Origin: Candidatus Dadabacteria bacterium
Lineage (GTDB): Bacteria; Desulfobacterota_D; UBA1144; Nemesobacterales; CSP1-2
Direction: 5' to 3'
Length of the DNA: 35,482 nucleotides
Assembly (NCBI GenBank): GCA_963805855.1
Contig: CAWDVW010000001.1
Location: 1 to 35,482 of the forward strand
Made by a program: the position numbers and the translations under genes. Positions 20,534 to 30,946 of the stretch are shown in pieces (position 1 is the stretch's first letter; each line of letters opens with the position of its first letter). A model generated the notes under the pieces. That model was not told where the DNA came from, ran no database searches, and saw only the letters and a list, made by a program, of their open reading frames with translations.

Positions 20534-20806
20534 ACAATGAACCATGTCGACGATCGAGGACATTTTCATATCCTAATGCTGAAGTAAAAAGTAGGGTATC
20601 AGCAGATAACCAAACAGTTTCTCATGTCATAACAAATTGCCGGTCATTTGTATGTTAACTGAGTTGGTTTATCCTGAAATCGAAGGGCAAATGACAAAGA
20701 AAATTTGCGACTTCAACCGGAAATCGGATTTCGTGAAGACAAAATGACCAGTTAAAATGGTTAGTGAGGTCAAATTTTAAATTTAAACCAATTAAGGGGG
20801 TGAAAA

Positions 20807-21190
20807 ATGTCAGTAGATAAAACAAACAAAGGCTCCGATTCTGGAGAGGAAAACTATACGGAGATAGATTTCGATAATATTAAAGAAGACATAGCAAGAT
20901 TACGCACAGATCTGGCTGAATTATCAAAACAGGTGAAAGATAGGGGCACAGGCTACGCGAAAGCTACGACCGATAGAATACTCGCATCAATTAGTCAGGA
21001 GTTAGAAGACTTAGGAGATGACAAAGATAGGGTCCTCCACAAGCTGCGTGCAGAACTAGAAAATGTTCAGGAAATGGGTAAACAAAAGGTCGAAACCGTT
21101 GAACAGAAGATACAGGAGAATCCTTTGAAGAGCTTAGTGATCGCATTTATTGCGGGGCTATTTCTTGGCAAGCTATTTGACCGGAAATAG
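20807..21190 (+). CDS. DUF883 (ElaB/YqjD-like) tail-anchored protein
   Basis: Coiled-coil body and C-terminal IQENPLKSLVIAFIAGLFLG TM. Confidence 0.85.
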   Translation: MSVDKTNKGSDSGEENYTEIDFDNIKEDIARLRTDLAELSKQVKDRGTGYAKATTDRILASISQELEDLGDDKDRVLHKLRAELENVQEMGKQKVETVEQKIQENPLKSLVIAFIAGLFLGKLFDRK

Positions 21191-21192
21191 GT

Positions 21193-21684
21193 ATGAACGC
21201 GTTGATTGATGCAATTTCCACAATAGTTAAGATAATAGGCTACAGGTCCTCTAGAGAGTTTTCTTATTTTGTAGATAAGTTACAAACAAACCTGGCTGTC
21301 TTAGCTTTGGCCAGCATATCTGTCTTCATTGGGCTTTTATTTATTGTCTGGGCAATCTACTTATCATTTAATTCCATTTTAAGCCCTCCGCTTGCCGCTC
21401 TGGTGAGCGGAAGCATTACAATAATCTTTTCCATTTTAATAGTTTTGATCATGCGGTTGTTCAATAGGCGCAAAGAGAAGAGATTAATAGAAGATGGTAA
21501 TATCGAAAATATCAGCCTTAAAGACTTTACAAAAAATATCACTTTGGTCAAAGATAACCCTCTTTTATCGATAGCTTTAACAGTCATCGCAGGTTACTTC
21601 ATAGGGAGTTCTCCGTCTGCAAGAAATGCTCTTGCTGAAGTCATAGTTAAGTTATTGGATCAAAATCTTAAAACAAAAAAATAA
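21193..21684 (+). CDS. YqjE/holin-like membrane protein with a DUF883-like tail
   Basis: 2 TMs, position directly after DUF883, C-terminal KDNPLLSIAL...AGYFIG. Confidence 0.6.
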   Translation: MNALIDAISTIVKIIGYRSSREFSYFVDKLQTNLAVLALASISVFIGLLFIVWAIYLSFNSILSPPLAALVSGSITIIFSILIVLIMRLFNRRKEKRLIEDGNIENISLKDFTKNITLVKDNPLLSIALTVIAGYFIGSSPSARNALAEVIVKLLDQNLKTKK

Positions 21685-21837
21685 AAAGATTAGAGCGAGA
21701 GTGCATTACTTTCACTTGAAATACATGACGAATTATGGAGTATAATCTAACTAGATTCAATATAAGGATTCTATTCAATACAGTCATTTTGCTACCTTAC
21801 TGACGTCATATCATAGGATTTAAAAGGAGGTTGACTA

Positions 21838-22392
21838 ATGAGAAGACTACTTGCTGAATTCTGGTGGGCATTTTTATTGAGGGGTATTCTCGCGGTAATT
21901 TTTGGTGTGGCGGCGATTATATGGCCGGGAAAGACACTTGAGCTGCTGATCTTTATCATAGGCGTTTATTTCTTTGCCGACGGAATAGTAATAATCTTCA
22001 CGGCTTTTGGGAACAAGGAAGAATGGTGGATGCTCTTAATTGAAGGAATCATAAGTATGTTGTTTGGAGTCGTTATTTTCTTCTTACCCGGAGTGACTAC
22101 CTTAATCCTTCTTTACCTGATTGCAATGTGGGCTCTATTCACAGGCATATTTGAGCTGATTACAATATTTCGCCTGCCAAGAGGGCATTCCGGTTTTTAC
22201 TCCCTGCTGATCATGGGAGTTCTTTCAGTGCTATTGGCAATATTGCTTATAGCTTTCCCTGGCGAGGGAGCACTGGCAGCAATATGGCTTGTAGGGATAT
22301 ACGCTATTTTGTTTGGCATTTCAACCGTTATCTTCGGATTGAAATTACGTAGCTGGATAGAGCCTTCCGAAGTAACTGAGCAACAGTTATGA
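21838..22392 (+). CDS. HdeD / DUF308 acid-resistance membrane protein
   Basis: WWAFLLRGILAVIFG..AIIWPG, duplicated 3-TM repeat; AGGAGG RBS. Confidence 0.9.
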   Translation: MRRLLAEFWWAFLLRGILAVIFGVAAIIWPGKTLELLIFIIGVYFFADGIVIIFTAFGNKEEWWMLLIEGIISMLFGVVIFFLPGVTTLILLYLIAMWALFTGIFELITIFRLPRGHSGFYSLLIMGVLSVLLAILLIAFPGEGALAAIWLVGIYAILFGISTVIFGLKLRSWIEPSEVTEQQL

Positions 22393-22568
22393 AGTTGGCT
22401 GAATTCTAGATCTAATTATCAGCGACAATATAGGTACCAGAATTCTATTCATTGAATCGTGATTTTGTAAATTAATACTTTATTCAAACTGAACGGGATC
22501 ACGGCAAGAAATCTTCAAAACTGGTATAAAAAGAGAATTTTGATATCTTAGAGTTCTGATCACTTAAG

Positions 22569-24167
22569 ATGACTCCTTCTCAAAATAAATTCATAAGAAT
22601 TCTCTTGATAGTTTCTATTTCATTTCTGCCTTTATTCATAGTCAAAGAGTATTCTGGTACATTCATATTTGGATCAGACAAAACTCAGGCGAATGCCAAC
22701 GCCTCTACTCTCGAGGATGCTACACAATCGACCAGTTTAGAAAATGCGGAGCCCAACCCGAAGGATCAAACTGAATCGGAACAGCATGATGCCGGACATT
22801 CAGACCCATTCTCATTTATCCTCATAGAACTCGCAATAATAATACTAGTGGCCATCATTGGTCGCTGGGCAGCCATAAGGTTTGACCAACCTGCTGTTCT
22901 GGGAGAACTACTGATCGGGGTAATACTTGGGAATGTGGCTTATTGGCTGGGCTCACCGCTCTCATTTTTCATCATGCATCTCAGTGATGCCGGGCAGATA
23001 TTTGACAGAATCTGGCTCACCGGGGGTACGGCTCTTGATGCTGCAAAATACATTTTCCCTGCAGGTGAATTAGAACCGGGCGGAATGGGTCATAGATTGG
23101 TACAGATAATGACAGGCCCCGGTGCTGACAAATTTATTATTATGGGATTTTCTTTATGGCTATTTTCCAACCTGGGTGTGATTCTTCTGCTTTTCATGGT
23201 CGGCCTCGAGTCAAGCGTTAAAGAAATGCTAGAGGTTGGTCCAACGGCAGCTAAGGTTGCAATTGTCGGGGTCGTGTGCCCCTTCATTCTTGGACTTATG
23301 GCAAGCATCTGGCTTCTTCCAGATTCCGGGAGCCCCGTACACCTGTTCCTGGCAGCTACTTTTTGCGCAACAAGCGTGGGGATCACCGCCAGGGTATTCA
23401 AAGACCTGAATAAGATTCAGACCAATGAAGCAAAGATCATACTTGGAGCAGCCGTAATTGATGATATCCTTGCCCTAGTCATTCTCGCAATAGTCGTTGG
23501 GATCGTAACAACCGGAGGTGTAAGGTTTTTTGAAGTAGGGCGTATCCTGTTATTTTCCATAATCTTTCTTGGAGTAATAATAAAATATGGAGAAAGATTC
23601 ATCCGCTGGGTCCTCCCATATGTGAGTGTACTCGATCGCAACAATAGCAAGTTGCTTTTCCCTTTGGCTCTTGCCTTCCTTTTGGCGTGGTTATCTAATC
23701 TAATCGAACTGGCTACAATAGTTGGAGCATTTGCGGCAGGCTTAATATTAGAGGATGATCAGTTTGCCGTGCATGAAGATACAAAGAGTACGATGGAAGA
23801 AACGATTAGGCCCCTGGAGACTATTTTCGCACCGATCTTCTTCGTATTGATGGGCATGCAGGTGAATCTAAGCACTTTCCTTCAGAAAGAAACGCTGTGG
23901 TTATCGCTCGCTTTCATAGCTGTCGCGATGCTGGGGAAAATATTGGCCGGGATACCGGCCGGCAAGGGGACTGATCGGACGACCGTGGGGATAGGTATGC
24001 TGCCTCGTGGGGAAGTTGGACTCATCTTCGCAAGTATTGGGAAAGGCCTTGGGGTAGTTACCGATTCGATATTTTCGGCGGTGGTAATAATGGTAATTGT
24101 CACCACTCTAATAACGCCACTCCTGTTGAAGTGGTCGCTTACCAGAAATATAGTTTCAGATAAATGA
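22569..24167 (+). CDS. CPA2 cation:proton antiporter (NapA/KefB-like) with N-terminal extension
   Basis: QPAVLGEL, GLES, ATSVGIT, AVIDD, GAFAAG, PRGEVG motifs. Confidence 0.92.
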   Translation: MTPSQNKFIRILLIVSISFLPLFIVKEYSGTFIFGSDKTQANANASTLEDATQSTSLENAEPNPKDQTESEQHDAGHSDPFSFILIELAIIILVAIIGRWAAIRFDQPAVLGELLIGVILGNVAYWLGSPLSFFIMHLSDAGQIFDRIWLTGGTALDAAKYIFPAGELEPGGMGHRLVQIMTGPGADKFIIMGFSLWLFSNLGVILLLFMVGLESSVKEMLEVGPTAAKVAIVGVVCPFILGLMASIWLLPDSGSPVHLFLAATFCATSVGITARVFKDLNKIQTNEAKIILGAAVIDDILALVILAIVVGIVTTGGVRFFEVGRILLFSIIFLGVIIKYGERFIRWVLPYVSVLDRNNSKLLFPLALAFLLAWLSNLIELATIVGAFAAGLILEDDQFAVHEDTKSTMEETIRPLETIFAPIFFVLMGMQVNLSTFLQKETLWLSLAFIAVAMLGKILAGIPAGKGTDRTTVGIGMLPRGEVGLIFASIGKGLGVVTDSIFSAVVIMVIVTTLITPLLLKWSLTRNIVSDK

Positions 24168-24177
24168 AATCCAGTAA

Positions 24178-24753
24178 TCAACTAGCCTTAGGAGCCGACC
24201 GGGCAGCAATAGAGAGCATTACCATGGATATACCACTAAACAAGATATAGAAACCGACAAGCAAACCAATAATCACAATGCTTGTCGGCCATTGGGCCCA
24301 GATCAGTATTGCAAGTACTAGTGATATAATGCCGCTCACGAGAACCCAGCCCCAGTTCTGTGTAGACTTCATTTGAAAGGCATAGATGATCTTAAAGATT
24401 CCCTCCACCAGTAAAAATGCAGCTAATATAAGTGCCAGTGTAAGCACCCCCTTTAGAGGATTTGCAACCAATAATACTCCAGCAATTACAAATATGATCC
24501 CGCTCAATAATATTAAAAGAAATTTCCCCCAATTACCGGAGAAAAAAGCGCTCACGATTGAAATGATTCCGCAGATGATAAGGATCCATCCTAGCATTAA
24601 ATCAACAGCCAGAGTCAGTGCGTATGGACTTCCAAGCGCGACAATACCCAGTATGATAAAGACCACACCGAGAGCAAGAAGCCATCCCCAACCCTTCTCC
24701 AAGGCACGAGCTTCGAGGGATTGCTCCCCAACTTGAGTGGTTTCTGATGTCAT
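24178..24753 (-). CDS. HdeD / DUF308 membrane protein (second copy)
   Basis: WGWLLALG, NWGWVLVSG, QWP motifs; AGGAGG RBS before ATG 24753. Confidence 0.9.
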   Translation of the reverse strand: MTSETTQVGEQSLEARALEKGWGWLLALGVVFIILGIVALGSPYALTLAVDLMLGWILIICGIISIVSAFFSGNWGKFLLILLSGIIFVIAGVLLVANPLKGVLTLALILAAFLLVEGIFKIIYAFQMKSTQNWGWVLVSGIISLVLAILIWAQWPTSIVIIGLLVGFYILFSGISMVMLSIAARSAPKAS

Positions 24754-24840
24754 TATACAGTTCCTCCTTCTATATAAGATTTTCAAATAATCATGGAATC
24801 AGAAAACACTTGTACAATCACATGCTCTTTTTAGGACCTC

Positions 24841-24869
24841 ATGATAAAATTTTTGATCTGCGAAGTCAA
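24841..24869 (-). promoter_or_regulatory. sigma70-type promoter of the second hdeD-like gene
   Basis: Minus strand TTGACT, 17 bp, TATCAT. Confidence 0.6.
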
Positions 24870-24919
24870 ATAATCATCCAGTTTTAGCTTTATAATTCCT
24901 CTGGGACGACAAACTAGAT

Positions 24920-25256
24920 GTCATTCCCCGTTAAAGTCATACGGAGACAGGCGTAAGCGGAAATCCATGCTCATGCCATTCCCAAATGCCGTTATTGGGA
25001 ATCCATGTGTTTATCCCTGGATCCCCGATAAAAGTCCTCGAGGATGACAAATTACATGTCATTCCCGCGGATCGTAAGCGGGAATCCAGGCTTGCTCCCA
25101 TTCCGCCTTTTGAGGAGTTTTATTCCGAAGCAATCTCATTTTTATTCGTGTTCTAGATTGCTTCGTCCCCTTCGATCTCTTTAGGGGTTTCCCTCAGCAC
25201 CATGACACACCGATTTTGTGGTTACTAAAACTTTGCGGCTTGCTGTAGGGAATTTC
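24920..25256. repeat. Array of GTCATTCCCGC..GCGGGAATCCA-type palindromic repeats plus other REP families
   Basis: Units 24920-24967, 24975-25005, 25018-25048 (inverted) and 25058-25089; perfect 11-bp IR at 25126-25136/25155-25165. Confidence 0.75.
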
Positions 25257-25352
25257 ATTGATTTGTAATTTCGGTTTAAATCAATAAAACTAAAGAATTT
25301 GATCAAACAAATGCTAAATTCATAAATTCATGTTTTTAAGGATCTTAAAAAA

Positions 25353-25757
25353 ATGAAACTCATATTTTTCACAATCTTCACCCTGTTTGTAAGCGTAGGC
25401 CCCGGGTATTCAGTCAACTGGGAATTTGTTACATCTGATAGGGCGGACGATGGAATAGATATCTCATATTTCATTGACGCGGATGAAATCAAAATTATGA
25501 ATGGAATTAGAAGTTATAGAGAGAAGCGTCTTTATACTAGAGGAAAATCATTAAAAAATATTGGGATGGTCGAAATTATGGGCTATTACGATTGCGCCAA
25601 CGGGAATTATGTATATGGAAGCATCTCATTTTTGAGCCCCGAAGGAAAATACCTCGAAGGATATTTCCTGAAAGAGGATGATTATAAGTGGGAAAATATT
25701 GGTCCGGGTCCCAACAGTGTAAAGTATGAATATATTTGTAAATTCAACAAACGTTGA
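25353..25757 (+). CDS. Secreted hypothetical protein (surface-adhesin-E-like pattern)
   Basis: Signal peptide, W..V, YFID...I, YDC, W..I.P, terminal YIC. Confidence 0.7.
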   Translation: MKLIFFTIFTLFVSVGPGYSVNWEFVTSDRADDGIDISYFIDADEIKIMNGIRSYREKRLYTRGKSLKNIGMVEIMGYYDCANGNYVYGSISFLSPEGKYLEGYFLKEDDYKWENIGPGPNSVKYEYICKFNKR

Positions 25758-25957
25758 AATGAGTTGGCCCAAGGAACATGATCTAATTTACTGCCTATCA
25801 ATTTAATCAATGTTCTATTACCATTTTCCGAATCCATTTTTATCGATGAAACAGGTCACAGATTATACCTTATCCGGCCTGAGCGTTACATGCCCGATTC
25901 GAATCGCGACTACATGAAAGCTATATTTAAAATCGTTCTTATCCGATGGCGAGAAAT

Positions 25958-26209
25958 TTAGTCTGCATCTTTTTTTATGTTCTTTCCAGCTTCTTCCATC
26001 TTTTCGCCCAATTTTTTTTGAGCCTCAGCACCCTCTTCGCTTACTTGCTCTTTAGTTTCCTCCAACTCCTCAGCTGCTTTCTCAACAGCCTGGTCGATCT
26101 GCTTGCCAGCCTTCTCGGCTGGCCCCTCTTCGCCACCTTTGCAACCACCGAAACTGAGAACATTAAAACAAATGAAAAGCAGAAGCAAACACTTTTTTAA
26201 TAGTGACAT
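25958..26209 (-). CDS. Small acidic lipoprotein (stress-associated type)
   Basis: Lipobox-like FGGC, GPAEKAGKQIDQAVE motif; AGGAGG RBS. Confidence 0.8.
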   Translation of the reverse strand: MSLLKKCLLLLFICFNVLSFGGCKGGEEGPAEKAGKQIDQAVEKAAEELEETKEQVSEEGAEAQKKLGEKMEEAGKNIKKDAD

Positions 26210-26319
26210 TGCATCGATACCTCCTGTCATAAATGTTATTTTTCTTCAATTAAAGCTTGAAAGTCCCATATCAAAAAAATAGTAAATTACGTTACCGAAC
26301 CCAATCGTTCTCCTCGCTT

Positions 26320-26955
26320 TCAATTCACCGGTTTTAAATCGAGTCGACTAAGATCATTCTCAAAATCTATCAACACCTCTCTCAAGGCCTCATTCCATCC
26401 ATTTACTAAGGTTGTTGGGGATTTAGAAATTATCTCGACATCTTTACGGTAACTCCTACTGAAAACAATGATATCCTCACCAGAATCCTCCTTAATCAAA
26501 AAGAACTGCATTGCCAGTACGGCCTTTGGTGACCCCTCATCAATATAATCGCCATATATGCTATTTATATACCCGCTCAATACATAGTCTGGGGGTATTT
26601 CACTTGGCGCGACTACGACATGTTCAAACATGTTAGATTGTGAAAACCAACCGAATACTTCCTGGGTTATAAGTGAGGCCGGCGCCTTAAAAAATTGGTT
26701 GTAAAAGTCTGATTGGTAACCATCAGGACTCACGCGGTACACAAATTCATGTCCATTGTATGCTGGAGAAACACGAAAATTACGAATTTCAAGAACCACT
26801 TGCTTAGAACTCCCATCGTAATTGCTTGATCGCGTTACATCGAAGACATAGTATCTTCTTTCTGGAAAGTTCTTTTGCAAACTCACACATCCCAAATTTA
26901 GAATCAACAGATAAAAGAAAATTAAAAAAATATATCCGCAGTGTTTAGGTGTCAT
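26320..26955 (-). CDS. ABC-type transport auxiliary lipoprotein (PqiC-like)
   Basis: Lipobox NLGC, YR....Y.SDFY..F..P; overlaps the mlaD stop by 4 nt. Confidence 0.85.
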   Translation of the reverse strand: MTPKHCGYIFLIFFYLLILNLGCVSLQKNFPERRYYVFDVTRSSNYDGSSKQVVLEIRNFRVSPAYNGHEFVYRVSPDGYQSDFYNQFFKAPASLITQEVFGWFSQSNMFEHVVVAPSEIPPDYVLSGYINSIYGDYIDEGSPKAVLAMQFFLIKEDSGEDIIVFSRSYRKDVEIISKSPTTLVNGWNEALREVLIDFENDLSRLDLKPVN

Positions 26956-27923
26956 TTAGGTGCCTCGTTCAACTCTGGTGGAGGATTGCCAAAAAGAATC
27001 CACGACGGATAATTATTTGCAATATTCATGAACCGCCTAAGATCTTCCGAAATTACAGAAATATTCTCAAGAATAGTTGTAATTTCTTCTTGACGACTTG
27101 ATACCAAGCTATCAAACCTATTCAGGATGGTATTCAACTTAGACACCACATCTGGCAAATCCTCAGAACCAGTCTTTATATCCTCTAGGGTTCCACTAAG
27201 ATTCTTCAGACTCTGTCTTAATTCTTCACTACCGGTTAAAGAATTCAAATTTGCCGCGACCTTATTAAATTGCAATATTGTCTTCTGGAGATCCTGGCTC
27301 ACGCTAGCAATCTTCGCATCCTCGACCGACTTTGTCACAGCCTGTAACAGATCTTGAATATCATCCGCAATTTGCTGAAAGTTAATCTTATTTATGCTTG
27401 TTGTAAGCTCGGTAATTGAATCAGTAATGGTAGTGATCGTGCTCGGAGCAGATGGTATGTAAAAGTATTTGGGTTTCCAATCTATTTCATAGCGAGGATA
27501 CTTGTCTGGCTCAAAGTAAACGCCGTTTAAGAAGGCTACGCCTGTAACACCCTGCGACGACAGTTGAAGCCTGAATCCCTTTTCTACCTGCTTTCCCGCC
27601 CTTTCAGCAAATTCCTCTTCAGTGTCCACGTCCTTGCCTAATGTATCCGGGAAGTAGTAACCTCTGACAATTATATAATTTAGGTTAGTTTTGTATATCT
27701 GTCTTACAAAGGTTATCTTGCTTACCGATCCGACTTGCACTCCCAGAACCTTTACCGGAGCACCTTCTGTCAGCCCCTGAACGGACTGGTCAAAATACGT
27801 CTCAAAGTAGATCTTCTTGCGAAAATATTTGCTTCCGCCAAAAACTATAATACCTATAACTAGAATCACCAATCCGATGATTACAAAGACGCCGACTTTG
27901 AAGAAATTGGGTTTTCTACTCAT
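26952..27923 (-). CDS. mlaD: MlaD/MCE family protein with long helical C-terminus
   Basis: N-terminal TM, SVQGL.GAPV..GVQVG.V, helical tail ending P..ILFG. Confidence 0.88.
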   Translation of the reverse strand: MSRKPNFFKVGVFVIIGLVILVIGIIVFGGSKYFRKKIYFETYFDQSVQGLTEGAPVKVLGVQVGSVSKITFVRQIYKTNLNYIIVRGYYFPDTLGKDVDTEEEFAERAGKQVEKGFRLQLSSQGVTGVAFLNGVYFEPDKYPRYEIDWKPKYFYIPSAPSTITTITDSITELTTSINKINFQQIADDIQDLLQAVTKSVEDAKIASVSQDLQKTILQFNKVAANLNSLTGSEELRQSLKNLSGTLEDIKTGSEDLPDVVSKLNTILNRFDSLVSSRQEEITTILENISVISEDLRRFMNIANNYPSWILFGNPPPELNEAPK

Positions 27924-27959
27924 ATTTAGTGTCCATCAATGTAAACGAACAATATTAAA

Positions 27960-28733
27960 TCAGGCCGCTGCCTCCGATTCGACTTCCCTGTTAAAGAACT
28001 GACGGACCCAGGGGTTATCGGAATGGTCACGCAGGTAATGGGGTTCGCCAGTAGCGACAATTCCCTTTACCCGTTTATCCAGCATGATGACTCGATCTGC
28101 TATAGTGTATATACTTGGCAACTCGTGTGTTACGACAACAAACGTTATCTTAAGGCTACGTGCAAGTCTTAGAATTAGCTGGTCAAGTTCAGCAGACGTG
28201 ATAGGATCCAGTCCGGCGGAAGGCTCATCCAGAAAAAGAATGAGCGGATCGAGTGCCATTGCCCTTGCTAACGCACCACGCTTCTGCATCCCTCCACTAA
28301 GCTCAGAAGGCATTTTATTTTCAGAGCCCGAAAGCCCCACCAGCTTGAGTTTCATGAGAGAGATTAGATCCATCGCTTCAGGCGAAAGATCTGTATATTC
28401 CTCAAGGGGCAACCGAACATTCTCAAGTATGGTCATGGAGCCGAAAAGCGCCCCACTCTGATAGGCAACACCGATCTTCTTTAAAACTCTGAGAAGATCG
28501 TCTCCTTCGGCAGTGGCAATGTCATCTCCATCAATAATAATTTTACCTGCTGCAGGTTCATATAGTCCTATCATGTGCTTCAGTACCGTACTCTTCCCGC
28601 ATCCGGAGCCACCAAGAATCACAAAAACCTCCCCAGGATAAACATCGAAGGATATGTTATCTATTATCACATTCCCCGCATAAGCAGCGGTAAAATTTTC
28701 AACTCTAATAATTGGATCCTTTTCTCCACCCAT
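27960..28733 (-). CDS. mlaF: MlaF-like ABC ATPase
   Basis: GGSGCGKS, LSGGMQKR, LDEPSAGLDP, VTH. Confidence 0.92.
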   Translation of the reverse strand: MGGEKDPIIRVENFTAAYAGNVIIDNISFDVYPGEVFVILGGSGCGKSTVLKHMIGLYEPAAGKIIIDGDDIATAEGDDLLRVLKKIGVAYQSGALFGSMTILENVRLPLEEYTDLSPEAMDLISLMKLKLVGLSGSENKMPSELSGGMQKRGALARAMALDPLILFLDEPSAGLDPITSAELDQLILRLARSLKITFVVVTHELPSIYTIADRVIMLDKRVKGIVATGEPHYLRDHSDNPWVRQFFNREVESEAAA

Positions 28734-28739
28734 CTCAAT

Positions 28740-29885
28740 TTAAATTCCCAGGAAGTAGTAAATAACTCCAAAAATACCGTCTACAAATATAATCAAAACA
28801 AGGCCAATAACAACCGCGGAGGTAGTAGAATCTCCAACCGCCGATGCGCCGGTCTTGGTTCTGAGCCCCTCCATACACCCGACACCCGCAATAATAAATG
28901 CGAAAACAACCGATTTGACGAGGCCTGCCAGAAGCATAACAAAGGTTGCGGCAGATACTATCTCATTGACATATGTGACAACAGTAAACCCTAGAGAAAG
29001 CATGACTACCAATCCGCCTATGAGACCAAATAGATTTCCAAAAATCGTAAGCACCGGTATCATCACGAGTGACGCCAATAACCTCGGGACAACTAGAAAT
29101 CGAACCGGTTCAAGCCCCATTGTGGTGAGCGCATCGATCTCTTCGTTTACCTTCATAGTGCCAAGCTCCGCCGCAAAGGCTGACCCGCTTCGGCCATTAA
29201 CCACCCAGGCTGTCATTAGAGGCCCAAGTTCTTTAAACATGGCAATTACAATAAGGTCTGCCACGAATAACTGTGCGCCGTATTGCTCCATCGGTATCGC
29301 GGATTGAAAAGCCATCACAAGGCCTATAAGAAAACACACGAGGGCCACTATAGTAAATGCATTAACACCAATCAATTCAGCGGTAATTAAAAAATCTTTC
29401 CATCGAACACTTCTAGGATTAAGCATTGCATAAAATAGAGCAACCACGATTTCCCCTAGAAATGATATGTTAGCCGCCATCCCGCGAAACATATCAATTG
29501 TTTGCCTGCCAACATTCACAAAAACGTTCGATGCTTCAAGCTCCTCTATATCAGCTTGGACGAAGTCAGCGGGTTTGAATTGGTCAAATAATTGTTGAAA
29601 CTCCCCCGCAAGTCCTCGAATTTCAAACACTCCGCCCCTTTCGGCTTGTTTTAATTGAAGATTAAACAAAAAGCCAATACCAGTGCCGTCACAATAATTT
29701 ACCCCGGAAGCATCCACAATCACCCGCTTAGGCGAAGATTTATCAATCGAAAGTAATGCCTGTCGCCAAACTTTTCCGGTCGAACTCGAATCAAGTCTTC
29801 CATTTATGATTAGCTTAAGAGAGCCTTCCTCGGTAATATCCGTATGGAGAGTGACAGGATTAATTCCTCGCAACGCATTATTCAT
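28740..29885 (-). CDS. mlaE: MlaE permease with N-terminal STAS domain
   Basis: STAS-like N-terminus (DASGVNYCDGTG); ELGP, GRSGSAFAAELGTMKVNEEIDAL, VG.STT. Confidence 0.92.
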   Translation of the reverse strand: MNNALRGINPVTLHTDITEEGSLKLIINGRLDSSSTGKVWRQALLSIDKSSPKRVIVDASGVNYCDGTGIGFLFNLQLKQAERGGVFEIRGLAGEFQQLFDQFKPADFVQADIEELEASNVFVNVGRQTIDMFRGMAANISFLGEIVVALFYAMLNPRSVRWKDFLITAELIGVNAFTIVALVCFLIGLVMAFQSAIPMEQYGAQLFVADLIVIAMFKELGPLMTAWVVNGRSGSAFAAELGTMKVNEEIDALTTMGLEPVRFLVVPRLLASLVMIPVLTIFGNLFGLIGGLVVMLSLGFTVVTYVNEIVSAATFVMLLAGLVKSVVFAFIIAGVGCMEGLRTKTGASAVGDSTTSAVVIGLVLIIFVDGIFGVIYYFLGI

Positions 29886-30196
29886 GAAGATGAAACCCCA
29901 AACTTAGCTTGAGTCAGTATAGTACTTTTTGCAAAATCAATGAATCCTGCATTCAGAAAATCAGGCTTTAGTATAACCAAAGCCCTTGATACCACAAGAG
30001 ATTTTGGAAGCAATTCAAGGAAGTCTTAATAACTGTGTTGAGGGTTTCAATCCCCTTAATATGCGCAGGATGTTCTTATATCCCGCGTATTGCAATCGAT
30101 CTGATGCCAACTGCAGCGCATAAAGTTATGTATGGGGTATAAATCTTGAAGTGGAAAACTATTTTGAATTTATATGATGTAACAAATTACCTAGAC

Positions 30197-30222
30197 CCTC
30201 GGGAGGCCAGGACCTCCCGAGG
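30197..30222 (-). terminator. Hairpin downstream of the SYLF gene
   Basis: Perfect 10-bp stem CCTCGGGAGG-CCAGGA-CCTCCCGAGG; U-tract is weak. Confidence 0.55.
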
Positions 30223-30244
30223 TTTACATTTCTTTATCACGGTG

Positions 30245-30946
30245 CTATTTACTTGGGGAAAATTCCTTTACCGCATCGGTGAAAACCATCAAAGCCGGAG
30301 GGGTCTCATTATTTTCCAACAAGGCTTGAAGGGGTGTCATCTCCTTGTTGTAGGCTTTATTATTGGCATCCTTATTAAACTGGATTGAAAGTGACCCTAC
30401 ATCAAGGCCCGCAAATACACCGCCCGTGGCTCTAGCATAAGTATAAAATGGTGCTTTAGTACTCGCGCCACCAGTACCAGTTTGTGCTCCCGTGCTGCCA
30501 GCCACTGCGGTTGCGCTGCCTCCACCCAGAGTAACTGCGCCCGAAGTCAACGCATTTTCCGCCATTTCGTTCATGGCCAGTATCACTACATCGCTTGACG
30601 ATCCTCCAAGCGAAATACCAACGCTCGGACCTTTAGCGTTATAAAAAGCCGGTGCTCCCCACTCGCCGGTATCTGCATGACGACAGATCGCAAAACCTTT
30701 CCCGCTCTTATAACCTACAGCTACGCTAACCTTTACTAAGCCTGGAATCACAACGATACACTGTGCCTCTTGTAAAACAGAGGCAGGAATCTGCTTGTCA
30801 GGGGGCTGGTTCATAAAAGCCTTCAAAACATTAGCGGCTCCCTGTGCCCTTTTATCAACCTCTTGTGCCCAGGAAATATTGATTAAACTCAATCCCACCA
30901 CAATAACAATGGCGAAAGCCATAATAAAAGTAGATCTAAACTTCAT
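30245..30946 (-). CDS. Exported lipid-binding SYLF (Ysc84-like) domain protein
   Basis: Signal peptide, IP..VL..A.C..VIP, G.G...CR, W.APAF, G.FAG, N...Y motifs. Confidence 0.88.
   Translation of the reverse strand: MKFRSTFIMAFAIVIVVGLSLINISWAQEVDKRAQGAANVLKAFMNQPPDKQIPASVLQEAQCIVVIPGLVKVSVAVGYKSGKGFAICRHADTGEWGAPAFYNAKGPSVGISLGGSSSDVVILAMNEMAENALTSGAVTLGGGSATAVAGSTGAQTGTGGASTKAPFYTYARATGGVFAGLDVGSLSIQFNKDANNKAYNKEMTPLQALLENNETPPALMVFTDAVKEFSPSK

Noticed and set aside
21193-21684. Prophage holin
   Set aside because: Context is DUF883-YqjE-like; no phage genes in the window
24920-25089. CRISPR array
   Set aside because: Units are degenerate, irregularly spaced and one is inverted; no cas genes
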